NCBI GenBank assembly: GCA_029100545.1
Contig: JAQXPH010000033.1
Location: 9,672 to 73,671 of the forward strand
Source: a bacterium
GTDB taxonomy: Bacteria > Bacillota_I > Bacilli_A > RF39 > UBA660
DNA length: 64,000 bases
Direction: 5' to 3'
Part shown: positions 1 through 10,420 of the stretch, piece after piece
Numbering within the stretch: position 1 is the stretch's first letter
Layout of the letters: every line of letters starts with the position of its first letter
Program-made: the position numbers and the translations under genes
The notes under the pieces: model-generated
The model's database searches: none
What the model was told of the DNA's origin: nothing
What the model saw: the letters and a program-made list of their open reading frames with translations, nothing else

Positions 1-72
1 TTAGTTGAAAAATATAATAAATTAATTGATGAAGAAATAAAAAATAAAGAAAGCGAATTAATGCAAATATAA
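1..72 (+). CDS. 3' end of an unidentified upstream gene (partial)
   Basis: Open frame from position 1 (LVEKYNKLIDEEIKNKESELMQI) ending in TAA at 70-72. No family recognised. Confidence 0.3.
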   Translation, partial: LVEKYNKLIDEEIKNKESELMQI

Positions 73-73
73 T

Positions 74-598
74 ATGAATAAATTATCTAAAATTTTTTTA
101 GGAATTATAATTGCATTAATAGTTTTATTATTCATTGTTTTATTTATATTTTTTAATAAAGAAGAGCAAACTTATGATATAACTTTCATGAAAGAAGTAT
201 CGGTAAGTGAAGCACTTGATTTATTTGAAAGTGATAATTATCATGTCATATTTGTAGGAAGAGAAAAGTGCTCTGTATGTGAACAAATGCTTCCAGCACT
301 TAAAAAAGCTCAAATTGAGTATAATTTTGTATCACTTTATATTGATATTACCAAAGTAGATCGATCATCTTCAAAGTGGCAAGAATTTATAAATAAACTT
401 ACAATGAAATCAACTCAAACTTTAGGTGAAACTGATGAAGGAGAAAAAGTTACAGAATCTTATGGATATTTTTTAGATGAATATGGTTTTACTCCTACAT
501 TTATTGTTTCAAAAAGTGGTAAACAAGTAGCGGGTTTTATTGGTTATATATCTGAAGAAGAATTATTTAGTTTTATAAAATCAAAAGGTATAGATTAA
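74..598 (+). CDS. membrane-anchored thioredoxin-like protein (CxxC)
   Basis: N-terminal TM helix, then FVGREKCSVCEQMLPALKKA. This is a CxxC (CSVC) in a thioredoxin-fold context, resembling bacteriocin-transport-accessory-type thioredoxins. Confidence 0.6.
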   Translation: MNKLSKIFLGIIIALIVLLFIVLFIFFNKEEQTYDITFMKEVSVSEALDLFESDNYHVIFVGREKCSVCEQMLPALKKAQIEYNFVSLYIDITKVDRSSSKWQEFINKLTMKSTQTLGETDEGEKVTESYGYFLDEYGFTPTFIVSKSGKQVAGFIGYISEEELFSFIKSKGID

Positions 599-610
599 TT
601 TCTATACCTT

Positions 611-1123
611 TTAGTTTGCTTCTTCAATAAAAAATTTGCTTTTATGGGGTTCATCACTTAATAAATTTGGATATCCTTGTTGTCTTAATGCTTCATATAC
701 CATTATTGCAACTGTATTTGATAAATTAAGTGCTCTAACATTTGATGTCATAGGTATTCTAATACAGTTATCTATATGTGGTTTTAATAATTTAGGGGGT
801 ATTCCCGTTGATTCTTTACCAAATATAAAATATATATTTTCTTCTTTATTTGAATAATCAAATTTATCTTGAGATTTATGACCATATCTTGTTAAATAAT
901 AATATGTTCCCTTATTCTTACTATAAAAATCTTCAATATTATCATATATATAGTATTTACATTTATCTATATAATTAACACCACTTCTTTTGATATGGGC
1001 ATCATCAAGTATAAAACCAAATGGTTTAATTAAATGTAAAGTAGAATTTGTTGCAACACAAGTTCTCATAACATTACCAGTATTTTGTGGTATTTCTGGT
1101 TCAAATAATACAATATTTATCAT
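611..1123 (-). CDS. trmL: tRNA (cytidine/uridine-2'-O)-methyltransferase TrmL (SpoU/TrmH family)
   Basis: IVLFEPEIPQNTGNVMRTC N-terminus and C-terminal IRIPM...RALNLSNTVAIMVYEALRQ knot motif. 170 aa is typical of TrmL/CspR. Confidence 0.85.
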   Translation of the reverse strand: MINIVLFEPEIPQNTGNVMRTCVATNSTLHLIKPFGFILDDAHIKRSGVNYIDKCKYYIYDNIEDFYSKNKGTYYYLTRYGHKSQDKFDYSNKEENIYFIFGKESTGIPPKLLKPHIDNCIRIPMTSNVRALNLSNTVAIMVYEALRQQGYPNLLSDEPHKSKFFIEEAN

Positions 1124-1125
1124 AA

Positions 1126-1662
1126 TTAATTTTCATCATATCCATTTTCAATTAATGTATTTTTTAATTCATTATAAACTTTTGAAGTATTTTCATAATT
1201 TATTACATTAACAAGTTCATTATTTTTAAAATATAATATTGCTGGAACATTATTAATTAATTTAGTATTAAATGTATTATTAATTTTATCATAAAGATCA
1301 TCATCATTTTTAATACTAGTTATATTAACATAATAAAGTTCATCTTTTAAATTATAATTATCAATTAATTCTTTTAATTTTTTTTCTAATTTATATACTT
1401 CTTCATTACCAGTATAACTTATTAAAATAAAATACTCGTTAGGTGATTCTTTTAATACTTGGACAACTTCATTTAAATCTTTAATTTCAAGACTTACTGT
1501 ATTTGAATTTAATAAATAACTATTATAATATTTTTCTAAATTTTTAACTTTATACCAAGAATAGGCATACCAAATAAGTAATATTAAAATAATTATTGAA
1601 AGAGCTATATATATTGTCTTTTTTAAAGAATAAATATTTTTTTTACTTTTCTTTTTTGCCAT
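1126..1662 (-). CDS. membrane-anchored thioredoxin-fold-like protein lacking CxxC
   Basis: N-terminal TM. The body aligns by eye with the 74-598 product (ILISYTGNEEV... VPAILYFKNNELV) but has no cysteines at the active-site position. Confidence 0.45.
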   Translation of the reverse strand: MAKKKSKKNIYSLKKTIYIALSIIILILLIWYAYSWYKVKNLEKYYNSYLLNSNTVSLEIKDLNEVVQVLKESPNEYFILISYTGNEEVYKLEKKLKELIDNYNLKDELYYVNITSIKNDDDLYDKINNTFNTKLINNVPAILYFKNNELVNVINYENTSKVYNELKNTLIENGYDEN

Positions 1663-1709
1663 TTTATCACCATCCTTATTTTAGCAAAAATAATTTTTTT
1701 TGTAAATTT

Positions 1710-3968
1710 TTAATTATCTTCTTTTTCTAATTTTACTAAAACTTCACGTGGTTTAGAACCATTTTGTGGTCCAACGATTCCACGAGCTTCTAAAAGGTCT
1801 ATCATACGTGCAGCTCTATTATAACCAAATCTAAATCTTCTTTGGATTAATGATGCACTTATTTTACCAGTTTCAATAGCAAACTCAACAACTTCATTAT
1901 ACATTGGATCATCATCACCAGCATCTGAATTAGCACTTCCTGCAGACGAAGAGTGGTTATCTTCATTTGTAAATGTTTCATCATATTTTGCATTGCTTTG
2001 TGTTTTACAATATTCAATTAATTTATTTATTTCATTATCAGAAATGTAGCATCCTTGAATTCGGGTTGTATGACTTTCTCCCATAGGAAGATAAAGCATA
2101 TCACCTTTACCAAGAAGGCTTTCAGCACCTGAAGAGTCCAAAATGGTTCTTGAGTCAATAGCAGATGAAACAGAGAAAGCGATTCTTGAAGGAATATTAT
2201 TTTTAATTACACCAGTAATAATATCAGTTGATGGTCTTTGTGTTGCAACAATTAAATGAATACCAGCGGCTCTTGCCATTTGAGTAATTCTCATAATAGA
2301 GTCTTGTACTTCTTTGGAAGCAACAAGCATAAGGTCTGCAAGTTCATCTATTATTACGACAATATATGGCATTTTAGATATTCTATTTTCAGTTTTTTTC
2401 TTATTTTCTTTATCAACCCATTCATTATATCCAGCAATATTTTTAAATTCTTTTTCGGCAAATAAATCATATCTTTTTTCCATTTCTGCAACTACTTTTT
2501 GAAGTACTACGGAAGCTTTTTTAGGATCAGATACAACAGGGCATAATAAATGAGGTATACCATTGTAATTTGAAAGTTCAACTTTTTTAGGATCCACTAA
2601 AACAAGTTTAACTTCGTTTGGTTTATAACGCATAAGAATAGAACAAATTATTGTATTAATACATACTGATTTACCCGAACCAGTAGAACCAGCAACTAAA
2701 AGGTGAGGCATTTTTGAAAGGTCCGCTAAGATAGAGGTTCCCATAATATCTTTTCCAAGAGCAACCAATATTTTATTTGCTCCATTATTTTGCCATGTTG
2801 CCTCTAATACTTCTCTAAAACCTACTGGAGATATTTCTTTATTAGGTATTTCAATACCAATAGTATTTTTCCCAGGAATAGGGGCTTGAATACGTACTTC
2901 TTTTGCTGCCATAGCAAGGGCAATTTCTTTATTAATACTAACAATTCGACTTACTTTTGTGCCACTTGGAACAGTTATTTCATATTCAGTAACTGCCGGT
3001 CCAATATGAATTTGAACAACTTTTCCTTTAATTTCAAAATCATTTAAGACTCTTTCAAGTTTTTCTTGATTTAATTTAACAAAAGCTTCTTCACCATTTT
3101 TTTTATTTTTAACACTTGGGGTTAATAAATCAAATTTTGGAAGTCGATAAATATCTGGGTTACTTTCAGATTCATCGCTTTTAATGTTATCTTCATTAAA
3201 TGAATCTTTAATAATACTTTCTTGTACATTTTTATTTTTTAAATCATCAATACTTGTTATAACAATTTTATTATCTTCTTTTTCTTTAATTTCTTTTTCT
3301 TTGTTACCATCTTTTACGCTTACAAGTTCATCGCCTTCAATAACATATTCTTTTTTGTTAGAAACATTATCTTTTTCTTTTCTTTTAAATAAAGGTTTAA
3401 ATTTACTTAGAATATCTGCAAAAGTTATATTAAATATTAATATAAATGTAAATAATCCTAAAATAGCAAGAACAATTTTTGTACCAGTTTGGCCAAAACA
3501 TATATTTAGTAGCCCAGCAAACAATGCTCCAATAAAACCACCACCTATTACAATTGAAGTTGTTCCACTTGAAAATAAGGAATCACTTACATTTATAGTA
3601 TCTATTCTATTCATATAATTATTATAAGTTGTTTTCATTAAATCAGAAAAATTAGGATTAATTTTAAGTATTTTAAAATGACCAAGAACCAAAATAACCA
3701 TAAATAAAATATATATTCCAATAAGTCTTTGAGAAAAAAAGTTAGGTAGCTTTCTTTTAAATAACATAGAAAAACCTAATATTAAAATAGCAAATAATAG
3801 TATAAACCAAAATTCACCTGCTAAAAACATCATAAATTGTTTTATAAATGAGCCAATATAACCAAAACCCATACCAATTATACCTATTAAAATTAATACT
3901 AAACCAGTAAGTTCTACGCTATATTTTGGACTTTTTTGACTATCTTTACTTCTTTTTCTTTTTGCCAT
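1710..3968 (-). CDS. ftsK: DNA translocase FtsK/SpoIIIE
   Basis: N-terminal multi-TM region, Walker A GSTGSGKS, VIIDELADLM, ATQRPS, and a C-terminal winged-helix gamma domain (LIQRRFRFGYNRAARMIDLLE). Confidence 0.95.
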   Translation of the reverse strand: MAKRKRSKDSQKSPKYSVELTGLVLILIGIIGMGFGYIGSFIKQFMMFLAGEFWFILLFAILILGFSMLFKRKLPNFFSQRLIGIYILFMVILVLGHFKILKINPNFSDLMKTTYNNYMNRIDTINVSDSLFSSGTTSIVIGGGFIGALFAGLLNICFGQTGTKIVLAILGLFTFILIFNITFADILSKFKPLFKRKEKDNVSNKKEYVIEGDELVSVKDGNKEKEIKEKEDNKIVITSIDDLKNKNVQESIIKDSFNEDNIKSDESESNPDIYRLPKFDLLTPSVKNKKNGEEAFVKLNQEKLERVLNDFEIKGKVVQIHIGPAVTEYEITVPSGTKVSRIVSINKEIALAMAAKEVRIQAPIPGKNTIGIEIPNKEISPVGFREVLEATWQNNGANKILVALGKDIMGTSILADLSKMPHLLVAGSTGSGKSVCINTIICSILMRYKPNEVKLVLVDPKKVELSNYNGIPHLLCPVVSDPKKASVVLQKVVAEMEKRYDLFAEKEFKNIAGYNEWVDKENKKKTENRISKMPYIVVIIDELADLMLVASKEVQDSIMRITQMARAAGIHLIVATQRPSTDIITGVIKNNIPSRIAFSVSSAIDSRTILDSSGAESLLGKGDMLYLPMGESHTTRIQGCYISDNEINKLIEYCKTQSNAKYDETFTNEDNHSSSAGSANSDAGDDDPMYNEVVEFAIETGKISASLIQRRFRFGYNRAARMIDLLEARGIVGPQNGSKPREVLVKLEKEDN

Positions 3969-4079
3969 CTTTATTCACCATTATAATTATATCTAATTTA
4001 TATTTTTTTTACAAGAAACTTAAATGTAAATAATAGACAAAAAGTAAAAAAATCTTTATAATACAAATTGGTGAGAAAA

Positions 4080-5102
4080 ATGGATATTAATTATTTTAAT
4101 TATGATTTACCTGAAAATTTAATTGCTCAAACACCAATAGAAAATCGAAGTGAATCAAAACTTTTAGTTATGGATAGAAAAACAGGTGAACTTGAAGATA
4201 AAACATTTAAAGATATATTATCTTATTTTAATAAAGGTGATGTTCTTGTTTTAAATGATACAAAAGTACTACCTGCAAGAATATTTGGTAAAAAAGAAGA
4301 AACTGGGGCACATATTGAACTTCTTTTATTAAAAGAAATAGAATCTGATACATGGGAGTGTCTTTCAAGACCATTTAAAAGACTTAAAGTAGGAACTAAA
4401 ATTACTTTTTCTAATGATTTAAGTGCTACTGTTTTAGAAAAAAAAGAAGAAGGTTTAGTAAATGTAAAATTTTCATATAATGGAATTTTTATTGAACAAA
4501 TTGAAAAAATCGGTTTAATGCCACTTCCTCCATATATTCATAAAAGTTTGAAAGATCAAAGTAGATATCAAACAGTATATGCAAAATATCTTGGTAGTGC
4601 TGCTGCTCCTACAGCGGGTCTTCATTTTACAAATGAACTAATAAAAAGTTTAAAAGAAAAAGGAGTAGAAATAGAATATGTTACTTTACATGTTGGTCTT
4701 GGAACATTTAGACCGGTAAGTGAAAATGATATTACTAAGCATCATATGCATAGTGAAAGATATATTATGACTAAAGAAGTTGCAGATAGATTAAATAAAG
4801 CAAAAGAAGAAAAAAGAAAAATATATGCAGTTGGAACAACTTCAACAAGAACTTTAGAGTCTATTATGAATAAATATCATAAATTTACTGAGTGTAATGA
4901 AACAACAGATATTTATATTTATCCTGGTTATAAATTTTTAGCAATTGATGGACTTATTACTAATTTTCATTTACCAAAAAGTACACTTTTAATGCTTGTT
5001 AGTGCTTTTAGTACAAGAGAAAATATTTTAAATGCATATAAGCATGCAATAGAAAATAATTATCGTTTCTTTTCTTTTGGCGATGCAATGTTTATTAAAT
5101 AA
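4080..5102 (+). CDS. queA: S-adenosylmethionine:tRNA ribosyltransferase-isomerase QueA
   Basis: [43 protein letters not shown] and [10 protein letters not shown] motifs. The track ORF starts at TTG 4068; ATG 4080 with GGTGAG upstream is preferred. Confidence 0.93.
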   Translation: MDINYFNYDLPENLIAQTPIENRSESKLLVMDRKTGELEDKTFKDILSYFNKGDVLVLNDTKVLPARIFGKKEETGAHIELLLLKEIESDTWECLSRPFKRLKVGTKITFSNDLSATVLEKKEEGLVNVKFSYNGIFIEQIEKIGLMPLPPYIHKSLKDQSRYQTVYAKYLGSAAAPTAGLHFTNELIKSLKEKGVEIEYVTLHVGLGTFRPVSENDITKHHMHSERYIMTKEVADRLNKAKEEKRKIYAVGTTSTRTLESIMNKYHKFTECNETTDIYIYPGYKFLAIDGLITNFHLPKSTLLMLVSAFSTRENILNAYKHAIENNYRFFSFGDAMFIK

Positions 5103-5117
5103 TGATATAATTTTTAA

Positions 5118-6556
<1,439 letters not shown>

Positions 6557-6558
<2 letters not shown>

Positions 6559-6586
6559 AAAAAGCCAGCTGGCTTTTTATTTTTTG
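6557..6586. terminator. bidirectional rho-independent terminator
   Basis: A-run, palindrome GCCAGCTGGC, then T-run, between convergent genes. Confidence 0.7.
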
Positions 6587-7074
6587 AAATAAATTGTAAG
6601 TAAGGCAATAATTATACCTAGTATAATAGTTATAATAATTATAAATAATGATTTAGTAAATCCATTTTCATCATCAATAGTAAGTTTAATTCCTTTAATG
6701 CCCATTGGAGTAAGAGTTCTTGCAACACCTTTATTTTGACTATATGAATTATCTTCAAGAGAAATATAAAATTTTTCTAATTTTTCTTTAATAAGGTCTA
6801 CTGCAGGATGAGGTTTACCATCGTTAAGTGTTAAATTATATGGATTATCAATTTCATTTATTGGACCTTGTAAGATATTAAATATTTTAGTAACAACATC
6901 ATTTTTTTGTGTTAAATTAACATATTTTTTATATGCTTCAAAATAAACATCTAAATAACTATTAATAGCATCTTTTAAATTATCATTAATTTCATTTAAA
7001 TATAAACAACGATATATTACATTAGCTTCTTTAGTTAGATTTTCAAAATATGCATCATCATAAGTATTATTCAT
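6577..7074 (-). CDS. hypothetical C-terminally (tail-) anchored membrane protein
   Basis: 165-aa ORF with a single C-terminal TM (LFIIIITIILGIIIALLTIYF). No family recognised. Confidence 0.5.
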   Translation of the reverse strand: MNNTYDDAYFENLTKEANVIYRCLYLNEINDNLKDAINSYLDVYFEAYKKYVNLTQKNDVVTKIFNILQGPINEIDNPYNLTLNDGKPHPAVDLIKEKLEKFYISLEDNSYSQNKGVARTLTPMGIKGIKLTIDDENGFTKSLFIIIITIILGIIIALLTIYFKK

Positions 7075-7170
7075 ATCATACTCCTACTATAAAAAGTGTA
7101 TCAAATTTTTTTATAAAATACAATTGCTTTTTACATAATAAATATTGTATTATATTAACGAAGGAAAATT

Positions 7171-8463
7171 ATGAAAAATAAATTAAATAAAGATTTTATT
7201 ATAAATTTATCAAAAAGAAAAAATGAACCTAGTTGGATGCTAAATTTTAGGCTTAAGGCATATGAAAAATTTTTAGAACTTGATAATCCAAATTTTGGTC
7301 CTAAAATTGATATTGATTTTGATAAAATAACTTATTATAAAGGTAGTTTTAATCCACCAAGTTGTTCATGGGAAAAAATTGATAAAAATGTAAAAAATAC
7401 ATTTGATTCTTTAGGTGTTATTGATGCTGAAAAAAAATATTTAAAAGGGGTATCTAATCAATATGAAAGTGAAGTTATTTATCATAATATGGAAAATAGT
7501 GATGGAATAATATTTTTATCTACTGATGAAGCATTAAAAAAATATCCTGAAATATTTGAAAAATATTTTAATAATTTAGTTAAATATGATGAAAATAAAT
7601 ATACAGCATTAAATAGTGCATTATGGAGTGGAGGAAGTTTTATATATATTCCACCATATACAAATGTTGATAGACCATTACAAAGTTATTTTAGAATTGA
7701 TACAAAAAATTTAGGTCAATTTGAAAGAACTATAATTATAGTTGATCATGATTCATCACTTCATTATATTGAAGGATGTACCGCTAAAAATTATAGTACA
7801 ACATCACTTCATGCAGGAGTTGTTGAAATATATGTTGGTAAAAATAGTAAATGTAAATATTCTACAATTCAAAATTGGAGTAAAGATGTTTATAATTTAG
7901 TTACTAAAAGGGCTATAGTTGAAGAATATGGATTTATGCAATGGGTTGATGGAAATATTGGTAGTGGAATTACTATGAAATATCCTTCATGTATTTTAAA
8001 AGGAGATAATGCTTCGGCAAGTTCAATAAGTATTGCATATGCTAAAAATAATCAATATCTTGATGCTGGTGCTAAGATGATTCATTTAGGTAAAAATACT
8101 AAAAGCACAATTATAAGTAAATCAATTGCTTCTTTAAAAGGACGTTCAGATTATCGAGGAACTGTCAAAATTGCTAAAGAAGCAGTAGGCTCATTTGCTA
8201 CAGTTAAATGTGATAATATAATTTTAGATGAAAAATCTTCTTCGAATACATATCCTAAAAATATTGTTTTAAATAATTCAAGTACTTTAGAACATGAAGC
8301 AACAATCTCTAAAATTAATGAAGAAAAATTATTTTATTTAAAAAGTTTAGGAATAAGTGAAGATAATGCTAAAGACTTATATGTTTTAGGATTTATGTCA
8401 GATTTTAAAAAAAGTTTACCAATGGAATATGCTGTTGAACTTAATAGATTAATTAAAGAATAA
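7171..8463 (+). CDS. sufB: Fe-S cluster assembly protein SufB
   Basis: EPSWMLNFRLKAYEKF, GGSFIYIPP, GQFERTIIIVD..SLHYIEGCTA and C-terminal beta-helix repeats. No sufC/D/S/U is adjacent. Confidence 0.8.
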   Translation: MKNKLNKDFIINLSKRKNEPSWMLNFRLKAYEKFLELDNPNFGPKIDIDFDKITYYKGSFNPPSCSWEKIDKNVKNTFDSLGVIDAEKKYLKGVSNQYESEVIYHNMENSDGIIFLSTDEALKKYPEIFEKYFNNLVKYDENKYTALNSALWSGGSFIYIPPYTNVDRPLQSYFRIDTKNLGQFERTIIIVDHDSSLHYIEGCTAKNYSTTSLHAGVVEIYVGKNSKCKYSTIQNWSKDVYNLVTKRAIVEEYGFMQWVDGNIGSGITMKYPSCILKGDNASASSISIAYAKNNQYLDAGAKMIHLGKNTKSTIISKSIASLKGRSDYRGTVKIAKEAVGSFATVKCDNIILDEKSSSNTYPKNIVLNNSSTLEHEATISKINEEKLFYLKSLGISEDNAKDLYVLGFMSDFKKSLPMEYAVELNRLIKE

Positions 8464-8488
8464 TATCTTTTTAAAAGATATTTTTTTT
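8463..8488 (+). terminator. rho-independent terminator after sufB
   Basis: ATATCTT / AAGATAT stem followed by T8. Confidence 0.5.
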
Positions 8489-8489
8489 G

Positions 8490-8507
8490 TGTAAAAAAAT
8501 GTAAAAT
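8490..8507 (+). repeat. 18-nt exact repeat copy 1 (TGTAAAAAAATGTAAAAT)
   Basis: Identical 18-mer at 9070-9087. Both copies lie immediately after a terminator and upstream of the next gene. Confidence 0.8.
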
Positions 8508-8677
8508 AATAAAATATATTAAAATTAAATAATTATATGTTTTTTATAAAAATAAATATTTTAAAACTAAATTTTACTTAAATCAAAATTAAATTTTAAA
8601 TATAACTAATTTTAAATAAGACAATTTTGCTTATATTTTTTTATTTTGATAGTCTTTGTTTTGAAAGGAGGATAAAA

Positions 8678-9046
8678 ATGAATAATGTTGTTTTAGTAGG
8701 AAGACTTACTGATAATCCAGATGTTATAAATACTGAAAATGGTAAACAAATTACAAAAATAACCGTAGCAGTTAATCGTAATTATAAAAATGTTGATGGT
8801 ATTTATGAAACTGATTTCATAAGATGTGTATTATGGAATGGCATTGCTGGAGCAACTTGTGAATATTGTAAAGTTGGTGATGTTATTGGTATTAAGGGAA
8901 GACTTCAAACAAGTTCTTATGAAAATGAAGAAAATAAAAAAATTTATGTAACTGAAGTAGTAGCGGAAAAAGTTACATTTTTATCATCAAATAAAAATAA
9001 AGAAGAAAAAAAAGAAGATGAAAAACCTAAAAAAGCTAAAAAGTAA
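8678..9046 (+). CDS. ssb: single-stranded DNA-binding protein (SsbB-like, no acidic C-terminal tip)
   Basis: MNNVVLVGRLTDNPD... OB-fold signature. SD AGGAGG precedes ATG 8678. The C-terminus is lysine-rich (KPKKAKK) instead of DDDLPF. Confidence 0.85.
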   Translation: MNNVVLVGRLTDNPDVINTENGKQITKITVAVNRNYKNVDGIYETDFIRCVLWNGIAGATCEYCKVGDVIGIKGRLQTSSYENEENKKIYVTEVVAEKVTFLSSNKNKEEKKEDEKPKKAKK

Positions 9047-9068
9047 TAGATTAAGTTTATTACTTTTT
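9042..9068 (+). terminator. rho-independent terminator after ssb
   Basis: AGTAATA / TATTACT stem followed by a T-run. Confidence 0.45.
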
Positions 9069-9069
9069 A

Positions 9070-9087
9070 TGTAAAAAAATGTAAAAT
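9070..9087 (+). repeat. 18-nt exact repeat copy 2 (TGTAAAAAAATGTAAAAT)
   Basis: Identical to 8490-8507. Confidence 0.8.
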
Positions 9088-9109
9088 TTTAATTAAATTA
9101 TTTAAAATG

Positions 9110-9126
9110 GTTTACCTATGGTAAAC
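9110..9126. promoter_or_regulatory. inverted repeat GTTTACC-TAT-GGTAAAC, candidate operator of the downstream XRE regulator
   Basis: Perfect 7-bp arms abutting a TTGACA hexamer (9126-9131), about 60 nt upstream of the HTH gene. Confidence 0.35.
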
Positions 9127-9183
9127 TTGACACAAAAGTTTATTTTCTTAGTCTATACTAATAATAAAATAAAGGAAAAAGTT

Positions 9184-9528
9184 ATGATTAAAGGAAAGAG
9201 ACTTAAAAAAGCAAGAGAAAAATGTAACTTAACTGAGGCTGATCTTGGTAGACTTGTTGGTGTATCTAAAACAGCGATAAGTTTGTATGAAGCTGAAAAG
9301 CGTAATCCTAAAATTGATACTTTATTAGAAATAATGTATACACTCGGTGTAAGTTGTGATTATTTACTCGGGGCTGATGTTTTTGTTAAATATCATGATG
9401 GAACTATTCATTATGAAGCATTTTCAAAAGAAGAAGTTGAATTTATAAATGAACTAAGAAAAAATAAAGAACTTTATGTTGAAATAATTAATAATCCAAC
9501 TGAAACTATTGAAAAATTAAAAAGTTAA
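9184..9528 (+). CDS. XRE-family helix-turn-helix transcriptional regulator
   Basis: KRLKKAREKCNLTEADLGRLVGVSKTAISLYEAEKRNP is a classic Cro/C1 HTH. The SD AAGGAAAAAG precedes ATG 9184. Confidence 0.8.
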   Translation: MIKGKRLKKAREKCNLTEADLGRLVGVSKTAISLYEAEKRNPKIDTLLEIMYTLGVSCDYLLGADVFVKYHDGTIHYEAFSKEEVEFINELRKNKELYVEIINNPTETIEKLKS

Positions 9529-9569
9529 AATAAACTAGGTAATAAATCTAGTTTTTTTCATATATTTTA

Positions 9570-10340
9570 ATGATGAAAAATTTTGTTAGTTATATTTTTG
9601 TACTATTTTTAATTATATCAAGCTTTTATTATGCAGATAAAATATCTTCTTTTATTATTAATAAAAGTGATTTAATGACTCAAATTAATAGTAAAAAATC
9701 TTTATATGAAAAATCTTATATTGATGCAATCAAATATGATGAATATATTATACCAGGTTTAAATGGACAAGTAGTAAATACTTTAGAAAGTTTTTATAAT
9801 ATGAAAAAATATCATACTTTTTTAAAAGATAAATTAGTATATAATGAAGTAAGCCCTAGTATATCAATTGAACAAAATAAAAATTTAATTATTAATAAAG
9901 CAAATCCATTAAAAAATTCTATATCTATTTTAGTAGAAAATAATAATGAAGTATTAGAATATTCTAAAAATTTAGATATAACTAAATTAATAAATTTATC
10001 TACTTTTTCATCAAAAATAAAAAATGATCAAATTAATATAGATATTGAAAATTATGAAAAAGTAAATGATTTACTTGATAAAAATAATATGAATAAAAAA
10101 ATATGTTTAATCTTTAAAAATAATGATAATTATTGTAAAAATAAAGATTATTATATAGTAAAACCAACATATATTATTTCTAATAGTAATATTTATATAA
10201 AAGATAAAGTCCAAAGTGGAGATATTATATATATTTCTGATGAATTATCACTTGATAATTACAAAATACTTCTTATAAGTTTAAATTATCATGATTTAAA
10301 AGTAATTTCATTAAGTAAAATTATTTCCGAAAAATTATAG
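9570..10340 (+). CDS. hypothetical exported/membrane-anchored protein
   Basis: N-terminal signal/anchor. The body is not recognised; it has only a faint resemblance to degenerate polysaccharide-deacetylase-like sporulation proteins. Confidence 0.45.
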   Translation: MMKNFVSYIFVLFLIISSFYYADKISSFIINKSDLMTQINSKKSLYEKSYIDAIKYDEYIIPGLNGQVVNTLESFYNMKKYHTFLKDKLVYNEVSPSISIEQNKNLIINKANPLKNSISILVENNNEVLEYSKNLDITKLINLSTFSSKIKNDQINIDIENYEKVNDLLDKNNMNKKICLIFKNNDNYCKNKDYYIVKPTYIISNSNIYIKDKVQSGDIIYISDELSLDNYKILLISLNYHDLKVISLSKIISEKL

Positions 10341-10420
10341 ATTTTTTAAGCCTATTGCATATTTATCATATTTTTGCTAAAATATTCTTACCAAGAAGAC
10401 TTTTAGAAAAGAGTGATATT

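Noticed and set aside
636-1211. Track ORFs 636-857 (+) and 990-1211 (+)
   Set aside because: They lie antisense to the well-supported trmL and thioredoxin-like genes. Their composition is low-complexity, hydrophobic or Cys-rich, typical of the reverse frame of AT-rich genes, and they have no SD.
2256-3618. Track ORFs 2256-2465, 2314-2502 and 3184-3618 (+)
   Set aside because: They are entirely antisense to ftsK. Their S/L/F-rich translations are mirror-frame artefacts.
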